This document shows, piece by piece, positions 51,493-61,386 of a stretch of 64,000 bases of DNA (within the stretch, counting starts at the first letter, position 1; each line of letters starts with the position of its first letter). The stretch comes from a virus (taxonomy: Duplodnaviria; Caudoviricetes), in IMG/VR virus record IMGVR_UViG_3300031965_000009, positions 1 to 64,000 of that record. One strand, written 5' to 3'. Under the pieces are notes generated by a model. It searched no databases. It was not told the origin of the DNA and saw only the letters and a list, made by a program, of their open reading frames with translations. The translations under genes were made by a program, and so were the position numbers.

Positions 51493-51711
51493 CTAACTTT
51501 TTCGCTGCATCATGCATGGCGGCATAGAAATCTCGTTCCTATTAACCCTGACCACACGCCCCTTTCCGGGGCCGTTTCGTATCACTGCATAAAACCAACC
51601 ATCACCAGATAGCCAATCCCGCTCTTCAATCTCGGCAATAATATCCCCGCCCCACGCTTCCGACACCAAACCATAGACTTTGTTAAAGCTAATACATACT
51701 ATCATTCTCAT
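51493..51711 (-). CDS. Small CxM-family protein (CMM)
   Basis: Ends PPCMMQRKS. Confidence 0.6.
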   Translation of the reverse strand: MRMIVCISFNKVYGLVSEAWGGDIIAEIEERDWLSGDGWFYAVIRNGPGKGRVVRVNRNEISMPPCMMQRKS

Positions 51712-51987
51712 ACTCCTCTAATGTAATGTTCTATACCATCATGCCTTGCCACCTGTAATGCTCCTGTGTGAAGGCAAATAATTCTCTCATCTTCCTCTAA
51801 TGTAATGTTCTACTCGCGGCGGAACATTAATACAACATGAGAAAACCGCTAAAATGAACATGAATTATTTGCATTTTTCTTGACTCCATGATAGCATGTT
51901 ACATGCTCCTGTCCTGGTATCATGCTCATGCTTTTATTTCTTTTATTATTTCTTTTACATGCTGCATGCTACTAGATCATGATCATG

Positions 51988-52176
51988 CTACATGCTCATG
52001 TAACATGGGCGTTCGACTTTTTTCAGCATGCTCTTGTGGACAATGCCAAGCTCTGTCTCACCGCAATTGACTTCAACAAACTGAGTCACGACACTCTCCC
52101 TGATAACTACTCCCGTCACTCCTTTGTGACACGGGCATGTAAGCTCCACCCTATCCCCAACGTTAAATTCATTCAT
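51988..52176 (-). CDS. Small KOW/SH3-like protein, CxM family (CYM)
   Basis: AAGGAG RBS; MNEFNVGDRVEL...RPCYMSM. Confidence 0.7.
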   Translation of the reverse strand: MNEFNVGDRVELTCPCHKGVTGVVIRESVVTQFVEVNCGETELGIVHKSMLKKVERPCYMSM

Positions 52177-52186
52177 GTTTTTCTCC

Positions 52187-52215
52187 TTGACATTAAAACA
52201 ATTGTGCTGTATACT
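52187..52215 (+). promoter_or_regulatory. Sigma70-type promoter, leaderless
   Basis: TTGACA-17 nt-TATACT, then 7 nt to the ATG at 52223. Confidence 0.8.
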
Positions 52216-52222
52216 ACTGCCT

Positions 52223-53167
52223 ATGAATAAAGTAATAGTGACCGGCGGGGCCGGGTTCGTCGGCTCCCATCTAGTAGAACGATTATTGGAAAACGGCGAT
52301 GATGTAACTGTCATCGACGACATGAGCAGTGGCAAAAACATTAACCCGGATGCCCGTCTCATTATAGCAGATGTTAGAGACGCAGATGCATGCGCCAAGC
52401 TCTTTGACGGCGCGGACATGGTATACAACCTTGCCGCCGCAGTGGGCGGTGTGGACTGGAACATGTCTCGCGGCCTGCGCATGTTTGAAAGCAATGTCAT
52501 CACGCTCGTTGCCCCTGTCATTGCAGCGCAGGAGGCTAAGGTTGGACATTTCTTACAGATGTCCTCGACCTGCATTGTCTCCCCTGCCATGCAGGGTGGC
52601 AAGAGCGAAGAGTGGGGTTACTTTGGCCACCCTCATGTAGCTAACTGGGGGTATGGCCAGTCCAAGCGTGACGGCGAGTATGCCGCCCTGTACTGGTCCA
52701 GCCTGCCGCATGTTGTAGCGGCCAGAAGCCAGAACATGTTTGGCCCCCGAGACCATTTCGAGCCCGACAGGGCGCATGTCATACCGGCATTGATTAACAG
52801 GATACATGCAGCAAGTGACGGTGACGAGTTTGAGGTATATGGTTCACCTGACACAGTACGAGAATTCCTGTACGTAGAAGATTGCGCTGATGCCATGGTT
52901 CACTTGATGAACAACACTCATGGCAAGGAAGCCTATAATATCGGGACAGGCGGTGAGACGGCTGTCAGCATTAGAGAGTTAGTCTTCATCCTGCTTGACC
53001 TGATGAACAAAGACCTGCAACCATACTGGAATGCCAGCAAGGGCGGGGGCGATGATGCCCGCCGCTCTAACGTTGCTAAGCTTCGGGCTACAGGCTGGGA
53101 GCATAAGACAGGTTTGATTGAGGGATTAGAGAAGACATTGGAATGGTATTATGAGGAGGTTGCATGA
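52223..53167 (+). CDS. GDP-L-fucose synthase/ColC-like NAD(P)-dependent epimerase-reductase
   Basis: TGGAGFVG; YGQSK (YxxxK); HVIPALI; REFLYVED. Confidence 0.85.
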   Translation: MNKVIVTGGAGFVGSHLVERLLENGDDVTVIDDMSSGKNINPDARLIIADVRDADACAKLFDGADMVYNLAAAVGGVDWNMSRGLRMFESNVITLVAPVIAAQEAKVGHFLQMSSTCIVSPAMQGGKSEEWGYFGHPHVANWGYGQSKRDGEYAALYWSSLPHVVAARSQNMFGPRDHFEPDRAHVIPALINRIHAASDGDEFEVYGSPDTVREFLYVEDCADAMVHLMNNTHGKEAYNIGTGGETAVSIRELVFILLDLMNKDLQPYWNASKGGGDDARRSNVAKLRATGWEHKTGLIEGLEKTLEWYYEEVA

Positions 53168-53304
53168 TAAAAGAGTACACTGTTGTGTGGCATGGAAGAG
53201 GTGTATTGGTTAGTGCCGATACTGTAAGGGTTGAAGCGCACCTAGAAGATGCGGGATACGAAGCATGCCTTACGTATGCTTCTGAATACGAAGAGGAATA
53301 GGGG

Positions 53305-54072
53305 GTGCCATCAAGGGCGTTCACGAACGAAGAAGAGATCGCTATTAATGCAATCTACCTTTCTGGTCGGTCAATCCAGAACATAGCAAAATCTTACAAT
53401 GTCAGCCGTGAATTGATATGGAAAAGATTGAATAAAATGGGCACTGAGATAAGAAACTCGAAGCCGAAGAAGCACGAGATATGGTCTCGCGCGTTTGATA
53501 ACCTGAATGATGAGATTGCATGCTATTGGCTCGGTTTTATTTACGCAGATGGATATTGTAGCAAGAGTCGGCCTGGACTAGAGATCAACCTTTCCGCGCG
53601 TGATCATGATCACCTATCTAAGATTTCCGAGTTTCTAAGAACAACATCTAGGGCAAGAATGGTGAGAGACAAAACTAGATTCACAGTATCGGACGCATAC
53701 CTATACGATAGATTAACTGATTTAGGAATTGTTCCTGGCCGACCGGATCACAAATGCTGCACCAACAGGATTCCGCATGACTACTATCGGCATTGGATCA
53801 GAGGGTTTTTCGATGGTGATGGCTCGTTCTTGCGGTCTAGTCCCAGGGTAACGTTCTGCGGAAGACTTGAACTAATGTCATGGGTAAGAGATTTGCTTTA
53901 TAGCGAGATCGGTCTAAAAAAGAACAAGATAGTCAGACATGGGTCTGGATTGAGATACATAAATTACACAATCCGGGATCAGGTAGATGCATTTGGTGAG
54001 TGGATTTATAGAGATTGCTCTATTTACCTGGAGAGAAAGAGGGAAATATTTGATGGCTACAAAACCGTATAG
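53305..54072 (+). CDS. Free-standing LAGLIDADG homing endonuclease with N-terminal HTH
   Basis: YWLGFIYADG and WIRGFFDGDG motifs. Confidence 0.88.
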   Translation: MPSRAFTNEEEIAINAIYLSGRSIQNIAKSYNVSRELIWKRLNKMGTEIRNSKPKKHEIWSRAFDNLNDEIACYWLGFIYADGYCSKSRPGLEINLSARDHDHLSKISEFLRTTSRARMVRDKTRFTVSDAYLYDRLTDLGIVPGRPDHKCCTNRIPHDYYRHWIRGFFDGDGSFLRSSPRVTFCGRLELMSWVRDLLYSEIGLKKNKIVRHGSGLRYINYTIRDQVDAFGEWIYRDCSIYLERKREIFDGYKTV

Positions 54073-54781
54073 GATTTTGCTCATCACGTCTGATCATTAT
54101 ATCAACGCCGTCCTGCCATACGCATGGTTGCTCAAGAAGTATTGGCCGTCCCACCCAGACGTTGTGGTCGGTGGGTTTACGGAACCAGACTTCGACATGC
54201 CTGAACGTTTCAGCTTTCACAGCATTGGCAAGGCCGAGGAATATCCGGTCAGCCGCTGGTCTGATGCTGTCATTAAGTTCTTGCACGACGTTCCTGATGA
54301 GGTGTTCATCTTCACCCTTGAAGACATGTGGATTGTCGAACCTGTCAAGGAAGACGTTATAACCATGTGCTACGACTATATGGAGCAGTTCAAATATGTC
54401 GCCCGCCTTGACTTGACTGGCGACCGCATGTGGGCTAATGGTGGCAATGTCAGCCTGTACGGCAAGCTGGGCTACGTTGACCTGGTATGGTCAGACCCGC
54501 ATAGTCAATATCATTTATCAACCATGGATGCTTTTTGGCGAAAGGAGCACTTACTTCGGGCGCTTATTCCAGGAGAAACACCATGGCAGGTTGAGCTACA
54601 GGGTACGCCCCGGTTGGCGGCGATGCACGGATATGTTATCGTCATCGGCACGAACGCTTGGCCCATCAGGGTTCACCTTGCATTTCGTGGAGGCGATCCA
54701 GGAAACATACTCCTTGATGGTATTAACCCGCTTGATGTCGAGGCAATGGTAAGGGATGGCGTGTTGGATCAGTGGACATGA
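54053..54781 (+). CDS. Putative GT-A glycosyltransferase
   Basis: FIFTLEDMW DxD-like motif; ETPWQVE; cluster context. Confidence 0.55.
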   Translation: MATKPYRILLITSDHYINAVLPYAWLLKKYWPSHPDVVVGGFTEPDFDMPERFSFHSIGKAEEYPVSRWSDAVIKFLHDVPDEVFIFTLEDMWIVEPVKEDVITMCYDYMEQFKYVARLDLTGDRMWANGGNVSLYGKLGYVDLVWSDPHSQYHLSTMDAFWRKEHLLRALIPGETPWQVELQGTPRLAAMHGYVIVIGTNAWPIRVHLAFRGGDPGNILLDGINPLDVEAMVRDGVLDQWT

Positions 54782-54986
54782 ATAAATTCATAGCAAATTT
54801 CATCGCCTATCCATTCCTACTGATTACCGCAGTGCTTATCTGTGGTATCGGCCTCTTGTTTTCTATGACTCTGATGGCCTTTACCCCAGACGACGAAATA
54901 GACTCCGTTGAACATATTGTATCCGTTGCGATGGTGTATATTATTGGTGTCGCTATCCAGTGGATTATTTATTTGGTGTTGACATC

Positions 54987-55583
54987 ATGAGAGAATCACA
55001 ACGATTGCGCGATGCGTTTAATTACTTGTTCCAGGAAGAGCTTGACTACCTGTACGAGATCACAGCTACCCTGCCCCCAAATCCTGAAATAATCAACATT
55101 GGTTCAGGGGCAGGCACTAGCGGATTGGCATTTCTTGAGGCTCGACCCGACAGTCATGTTTCCACCATTGACATTACAGCCGAGTCTTCACCGTTTGGCT
55201 GCTTGATAGCAGAAGAGCTATCTGCATTTGTAGCAGGCGTGCATGATCGCCTGACCCAGTACCATGGCGAAAGCATTGAGATCGGCAAGGCATGGGATAA
55301 AGGGCTGGTAGACCTTGTCTTTGTAGACGGCGACCATACCTACGAGGGTTGCATTGGAGACATGCAGGTCTTCGGCGACCTGCTCAAGCCCGGTGGATGG
55401 TTACTGGTGCATGATTACAACAAAGATATGGTATACACTAGGCTAGGGAACAGGTATAGCCCCAAGCTTTACCCACACCCTAAAAGCTACGATGGCGTTG
55501 ACAAGGCTGTCATGGAATGGGTGGATGGGCAGGTTATGGAGTTCGTGGAGTGCGTCGAAACCATAGCGGTGTTCAGGAAATAG
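54987..55583 (+). CDS. Class I SAM-dependent methyltransferase
   Basis: NIGSGAGTSG; VFVDGDHTYEG; LVHDY. Confidence 0.85.
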   Translation: MRESQRLRDAFNYLFQEELDYLYEITATLPPNPEIINIGSGAGTSGLAFLEARPDSHVSTIDITAESSPFGCLIAEELSAFVAGVHDRLTQYHGESIEIGKAWDKGLVDLVFVDGDHTYEGCIGDMQVFGDLLKPGGWLLVHDYNKDMVYTRLGNRYSPKLYPHPKSYDGVDKAVMEWVDGQVMEFVECVETIAVFRK

Positions 55584-55584
55584 C

Positions 55585-55944
55585 ATGCCTGTAGCACGAG
55601 CCAGAAGCATTTCTACCTCACCTGCCTTCCGGTCTAAGCTGGAAAAGCGGGCATGGGAAAGGCATTACGAATGGTTGCCAGATCATGAAGACATGCTTGC
55701 CATGTACTATGAGCCATTCGTCCTGCACCTGACGGGTGGGAATTACACGCCCGACTTCGTCGTTGTCTACAATGATGGCAGAATGATCATCATTGAAGTC
55801 AAGGGATCATGGGGCGCGTATAAGTCTGGCAGAAGCAGTAAAAGAAACTTGAAACAGGCTGCCGTGGAATTTGCATGGCTGGCCGAGTTCTATGCACTAC
55901 TACCTGGCGGGAGCGGGTGGGACATGCAGCAATTTGGAGAGTGA
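55585..55944 (+). CDS. PD-(D/E)XK nuclease (endonuclease I/resolvase-like)
   Basis: SKLE...YEP...YTPDF...IEVKG. Confidence 0.75.
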   Translation: MPVARARSISTSPAFRSKLEKRAWERHYEWLPDHEDMLAMYYEPFVLHLTGGNYTPDFVVVYNDGRMIIIEVKGSWGAYKSGRSSKRNLKQAAVEFAWLAEFYALLPGGSGWDMQQFGE

Positions 55945-56657
55945 CATGAAACAAAGATGGCATGACTTTTGGTATTGCAATGACGGAAGATTTAACAGGG
56001 CAAGCCTTGTTCAGTTTCCGTTACTGGTGTTAATTTCACCACTGTTCATAGTAGCCCTTGGCCCATCACTCGTTGCAGCGTGGCTTGTTGGAAAATTCAT
56101 TGGCGATGAGTATTGTCGTAGTGACAGGTGGTACGAAGCAGATGACAAAGAGAATGCACAGATAGCTGTTGGCGCTGTGGTGTTTTTCGTTTATGCAATC
56201 TTGTTATTATCTTTCATAGGATCACCACAATGACCGAGTGGATGCTAGATGAATTAATGGACGCATGGGATGCGGTTCAGCAAGGTAAAGTTACTGGAGA
56301 TGTTCGAGTTGTTATGGCCGCTCTGGATGCAGCCAACTTAAGAATCATTAACTTGATGCCTGATAAGCAAGGCACTCAAACCGCGAAACATTTTCTGGAA
56401 GTAGTGATTAACGCCGAAACCGGTGAGCCGATTGGCAAAATGTTGAGAGAGAAATGATGAAATTCTGGGTCTCCACTGCCGTATTTGAGGGAATATAATA
56501 TGCTTGGGATAGTCTTTTCAATTCTTATGGGAATTTTTGCCCTAGTTGACTTGTTTGGAGACGAGCGCGGACTAGAGTTTAAACATACATATTCTCAGAC
56601 TGCCGCACTGTGGTTTATCTTAGCAGTCCTTATAATTATAGCAAGGAGTATTGCACA

Positions 56658-57014
56658 ATGACTACAACCAGAGAATACATACTAGACGAGGCCAGGGAAT
56701 GCATCATGCGTGACCGCAACCTTGACTATGACGAGCCTGAAAGAAATTTCCAGGATATAGCAACATTTTGGAACGTATATCTTCAAGGTAAACAAGTTAT
56801 TGAACCGCATGACGTTGGGGTCATGTGCGCCTTGATCAAGGTGGCTAGAATCCGTACATCCCCAGGTAAGGCGGATCACTACATTGATGCAGCAGGTTAC
56901 ATGGCATGCGCCGCAGAATGCGCCATGGTTGACCAGGTTGAGCCTGGTCAGGAAAGGCATGCCTGGGACTGGTCGGAATTCCTCGGGGACATGGGAGAGC
57001 AGGCGCATGAGTGA
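56658..57014 (+). CDS. Conserved phage protein (DUF6378-like)
   Basis: R..DY.EPE.NF..IA..W...IKVARI...DAAGY. Confidence 0.7.
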   Translation: MTTTREYILDEARECIMRDRNLDYDEPERNFQDIATFWNVYLQGKQVIEPHDVGVMCALIKVARIRTSPGKADHYIDAAGYMACAAECAMVDQVEPGQERHAWDWSEFLGDMGEQAHE

Positions 57015-57654
57015 CATGCTTGATTTGCTGCAAGATTTCGTGGCATTGCAAAAGAAATATAAGGTGGTTGAACTTGATGACGAGCCAGCCTTTCCATCAC
57101 CGTCACCGTACTGGGTTTCTGGTGGCGTGTCAACCATGGGTATGTATCCACTAGAGCGACCACAATCTTTACCGCCCAAGATAACATATGGCTATGAACG
57201 ATACACATGGAAGGATAGTGTAGAAGATGATAATTAACCCTGTTGAAGAAAAGAAAGTTCTTGCTTTCCTGTCAGACCTTGTTGCTCTTTACGAGAAGCA
57301 TGGTGTCACAACTGAATACGACTACGACTACTGCGCGTTTATAATTGGTGATAGGTCTATTGGTTTCCCGGAATACCATGGCGAAGGGTTTGTCTCCCAT
57401 TCACCAAACCTGCTTCCTGATGGAAGGGAAAAGATTCAAGAGATTGGTGAAGAATTGTTTGGGAAGGACATTGTCAAGAGGGTTGACCTCCCCGATGCTG
57501 ATAAAATCTACCCCGCTGGTAACACGAACTACAGGCTTGTATGCTATGCCTACCCGGACAGTATTAAGTATGTCATTGCCGCTGGTGCATACAATGAAAA
57601 GAAAAAGCTATACGAGGAAAGAGAAAAGGTAATATCTGTATCGGAGTTACTACA

Positions 57655-58818
57655 ATGATCGGAGTAGGGTATTTCGAGACGACCCCACGTATGAAAGAAC
57701 TTATTGGAGAGGTGCTAGACTCTAATAGAATTTCATATGGAGATAAGTGCAGAGAGTTTGAATCGAGGCTATCTAGCATACACGGAAACAAGTTCGGAGT
57801 GTTGTCTAATAGCGGTACTTCCTCCCTACAGGTATCCCTACAGGCTATGAAAGAAGAGCACGGATGGGAATGGCATCATGAAGTTATATGCCCATCACTA
57901 ACGTTCGTGGCTGGCATGAATATAATTATTCTCAATAACATGACGCCGGTTCTTGTTGACGTTGATAGCCAGACTTACAACATGAACCCCGACTTACTTC
58001 TTGATGTTATCACGGAGAACACAAGAGTCATTCTAGCCACGTATTTATTTGGTCAGATGGCTGACATGAAAGCCATTACAGAAATCGTCAATTCCTGCAA
58101 CGAAACCAGGGAAGAGAACGACAAGATACGTGTGCTGGCGGATTCGTGCGAAGCGATGCTGGTAACACATCACAATGAACCAATCGGCCATTGGGCAGAT
58201 ATAACGTGTTTCTCTACGTACATGGCACACCTAATCGCAACGGGAGTTGGTGGAATGAGCGTAACGGATAACCCGGCATACGCCGCTAGAGTTAGATCGC
58301 TGGTCAACCACGGTAGGGATGGTGTGTATACAAACATTGATGAGGGTAAGAACACCGAGATCATGGACAGGCGGTTCAAGTTCGTGTCTGTCGGGCACAG
58401 TTTCAGGATTACAGAGCTTGAAGCTGCTCTTGGCTTGGCCCAGCTAGAAACATGGGAGGACATGATTGCCAAGCGGCAGGAGAATGCTCGCTACCTTAGT
58501 GTCTACCGTGACATCCTTTCCGATCACCTGCAATTCCCGTACACCATGCCCGGTAACACGCACAGTTTCATGATGTTCCCGCTAGTAGTAAAGCATGGGG
58601 ACAAGTGGGAGGTGTGCAAGTACCTGGAAGAGCATGGCATTGAAACTAGGGAGATGCTGCCGTTGACAAACCAACCGGTCTATGATATAAACCAGGCCGC
58701 TTACCCGGTTGCTAAGTGGGTGAACGAGAATGGCTTTTATGTTGGCTGTCATCAGGGGTTAAGCCTGAGTGACATGACTCATATCTATAGCACACTGAGG
58801 GATTACTATGTGCAGTGA
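57655..58818 (+). CDS. DegT/DnrJ-family PLP/PMP enzyme with His replacing the catalytic Lys (ColD/E1-like 3-dehydratase)
   Basis: NSGTSSL; ADSCEA; FSTYMAHLIATGVGG where aminotransferases read FSF..K.ITTGEGG. Confidence 0.85.
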   Translation: MIGVGYFETTPRMKELIGEVLDSNRISYGDKCREFESRLSSIHGNKFGVLSNSGTSSLQVSLQAMKEEHGWEWHHEVICPSLTFVAGMNIIILNNMTPVLVDVDSQTYNMNPDLLLDVITENTRVILATYLFGQMADMKAITEIVNSCNETREENDKIRVLADSCEAMLVTHHNEPIGHWADITCFSTYMAHLIATGVGGMSVTDNPAYAARVRSLVNHGRDGVYTNIDEGKNTEIMDRRFKFVSVGHSFRITELEAALGLAQLETWEDMIAKRQENARYLSVYRDILSDHLQFPYTMPGNTHSFMMFPLVVKHGDKWEVCKYLEEHGIETREMLPLTNQPVYDINQAAYPVAKWVNENGFYVGCHQGLSLSDMTHIYSTLRDYYVQ

Positions 58819-59221
58819 AACATGGAAAGACGGGGCCTGGGTATACAAGCGCCAGATTAAGACCCTGTGCGATAACGAGGTCTGGTGCCTGACTCGCATG
58901 AGCAAGCATGGCTATGCCCCCAAGGTCGAAAGGGTTGAGACAGATGTTATCAGGACTGAGTATATTCAACCAGAGAAGGTTACAAACTACTCTGAGTTTC
59001 TCTGGCATCTACCTATTGTCCTGCACCTGCTCGAGAAAGAAGGGATCAGGCATGGCGACCTGGACATGTACGGCGTCATACCGCATGGTAACAAGCCTTA
59101 CCTGGTAGACTTTGCCGAGTCACGCCTGACATGCGACCCAAGACCTGACAAGCGTGGCGAAGGGGATGCATACTGGTTGAAGCAGACCATGGAATGGATG
59201 GCATTGGGGAACTTGATATGA
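58808..59221 (+). CDS. Minimal kinase-like protein (RIO/Kdo/APH fold)
   Basis: RHGDL...LVDFAES. Confidence 0.65.
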   Translation: MCSETWKDGAWVYKRQIKTLCDNEVWCLTRMSKHGYAPKVERVETDVIRTEYIQPEKVTNYSEFLWHLPIVLHLLEKEGIRHGDLDMYGVIPHGNKPYLVDFAESRLTCDPRPDKRGEGDAYWLKQTMEWMALGNLI

Positions 59222-59772
59222 ACGTAGTTATTATAGGGGAGAAGCATGGCATCGCTGGAATCACTAGCAAAACTTGTTAGAATTGAACCACAATTATGGG
59301 ACGAACTGTTATCGTACCTGTCAACCATTACTGGCTATACAGACCAGGGCGAGACTACGATTATCATAACAAAGAAACTTGAAGTAGAGTGCATAATGGA
59401 AAGAAACAATGAACACTAAGAAACTTATTGATGATGAATATGGTACAGTTGAGTACAAAGTCCTACCTGTTCAGGATGGTGATGTTGTCGTGGTCAAGGC
59501 GGGTATATCCACCGATGCCATTGACCGCCTGTCAGACATGCTTGGTGCGACAGGCAGGGGCAGAAGTATCATTGTTGCCGTACAAAAGATGTCAGACATC
59601 AAGTCTCTTAACAGAGATGTCATGGCTAACTATGGCTGGTATCAGGCAGATAGAGTCAAGATAGTTAGCAAGTACCTGTCCTCCAAGATTAAAGAAGAAC
59701 AGGCTAGAGAAGATAGCCAGGCTGGTATTTACCAGGGGATATACTTCATGCTGACAGGAAAGTATCACGTCG

Positions 59773-60291
59773 ATGAATAAGCGTGCGCCAGACATGTGGC
59801 GTCAGATCAGGGAGTATGTTGACTTCACTGGTAAGACAGTCGTTGACCTTGGCTGCGGGCCAGGAGACTTCATGTCCCGTGCTTTGCAGGATGGGGCAAG
59901 CTGGGTGATTGGTGTGGACATTGACCCTGACACAGCCAGACAGGCAAAGGAAACATGCCTCGAGATCGGCAAGACAACCATTGTACTTGTTGACGATATA
60001 GTCAACATGCCGCATGATTCAGAGTATGACATAGGCATGTGTTTCAGCGTCCTGCCCTACACAAGCAACCCTGTCGCCGTACTGGATTGGATGAGTAAGT
60101 GTGTCGGCACTTCGTTGATAGAAATGCAGTATGCCAACGACGGGCCTGGGCCTGCACAGATAACAGATGACCTGGACATGCTCAAGTTCCTTGAAATGTT
60201 TTGGGACAAGCCCCAGGTTATTGGCAGGACAGAAATTAGCGTCGGAAAGGGTAGGAGAACAATATGGCTGTGCAATCGTTCAGAGAGCTAG
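59773..60291 (+). CDS. Class I SAM-dependent methyltransferase
   Basis: VVDLGCGPG; VIGVDID. Confidence 0.85.
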   Translation: MNKRAPDMWRQIREYVDFTGKTVVDLGCGPGDFMSRALQDGASWVIGVDIDPDTARQAKETCLEIGKTTIVLVDDIVNMPHDSEYDIGMCFSVLPYTSNPVAVLDWMSKCVGTSLIEMQYANDGPGPAQITDDLDMLKFLEMFWDKPQVIGRTEISVGKGRRTIWLCNRSES

Positions 60292-60476
60292 ACGCTCTGG
60301 CATATATCAAGAAATACATCAAGGAGACAGGCTACCCACCAACTGTCCGTGAAATAGCTAAAGGGTGCGGCATGTCTTCAACGAGCGTGGTAACGTATCA
60401 TTTAGCCAAGCTTGAAAGGCAGGGCAAGATTACCAGGACATCATATACAGCAAGAGGCATAGTGGTTAATGAATAG
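60264..60476 (+). CDS. LexA-type DNA-binding domain only (no protease domain)
   Basis: GYPPTVREIAKGCGMSSTSVVTYHLAKLERQGKI. Confidence 0.85.
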   Translation: MAVQSFRELDALAYIKKYIKETGYPPTVREIAKGCGMSSTSVVTYHLAKLERQGKITRTSYTARGIVVNE

Positions 60477-61386
60477 AGTGTTGATGTACCCTTCGTCCGC
60501 AAGCTTTGGTAAGTCAGAAAGCGGTATACGTCGTGTTGTCGAGGCATACGAGAAATATTTACCACGCTATGGTTGGGAAGTGACTGACGATAAGGACAAC
60601 TATGACATCTCTGCTATTCATGCCGGAACGGCCACGATTGCCCCCGATGTAGCCCACTGTCACGGGCTGTACTGGTCGAATGACTATGCCGTTGAACCAT
60701 GGGCATGGAAGGCAAATGAGCAGGTTCTTGACGGGGTAAAGAGGGCACGCTATACCACAGTCCCATCGCGCTGGGTACAGGAGGTCTTTCAGAGAGATAT
60801 GCGCTTCTCGCCAATAGTCATCCCGCATGGGATAGACTGGTGGAAGTACACACCTGTCTATGATGGTCAGTATGTTCTCTGGAACAAGAACCGTAACGCA
60901 GACGCATGTGACCCGACCCCTGTTGGGATACTGGCCAAGAATGCGCCTGACGTGCATTTCATGTCAACGTTCTCGCCTACGTCTTTACCAAATCTCAAGA
61001 CTACCGGCCCAATGCCGCATGCCGCCATGATGTCCTATCTTTCAGGCTGTTCAGTTTATCTAGCCACTGTTAAAGAAACATTCTGTATTGGGATACTGGA
61101 GGCCATGGCGCATGGCAAGCCAATCCTTAGCTTTGCTTATGGCGGGGCCTTAGACCTTGTTATTCATGGCGTGAATGGTTACCTGGCCCAGCCTGGGAAC
61201 ATGGAAGACCTGTTAAATGGGTTGAGGTTTTGTATTAAGAACAGAGAAGAGCTAGGAAGGAACAGCGCTGACATGGTTAAAGAGTTTACCTGGGATAAGG
61301 CTGTTAAGAAACTTGCTTCGGTCTATGACGCATGCCTTGTAGAAGAAAGGCCACTGCACATCAACGAAGGAGAGTATTTACATTGA
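60469..61386 (+). CDS. GT4 (GT-B) glycosyltransferase
   Basis: ETFCIGILEAMAHGKP (Ex7E motif). Confidence 0.88.
   Translation: MNRVLMYPSSASFGKSESGIRRVVEAYEKYLPRYGWEVTDDKDNYDISAIHAGTATIAPDVAHCHGLYWSNDYAVEPWAWKANEQVLDGVKRARYTTVPSRWVQEVFQRDMRFSPIVIPHGIDWWKYTPVYDGQYVLWNKNRNADACDPTPVGILAKNAPDVHFMSTFSPTSLPNLKTTGPMPHAAMMSYLSGCSVYLATVKETFCIGILEAMAHGKPILSFAYGGALDLVIHGVNGYLAQPGNMEDLLNGLRFCIKNREELGRNSADMVKEFTWDKAVKKLASVYDACLVEERPLHINEGEYLH

Noticed and set aside
50803-51612. 269-aa plus-strand ORF
   Set aside because: Antisense shadow of the HNH gene; no recognisable motif or RBS.
53164-54072. Group I intron around the LAGLIDADG gene
   Set aside because: Flanking ORFs look complete and abut the endonuclease, leaving no room for a ribozyme core.
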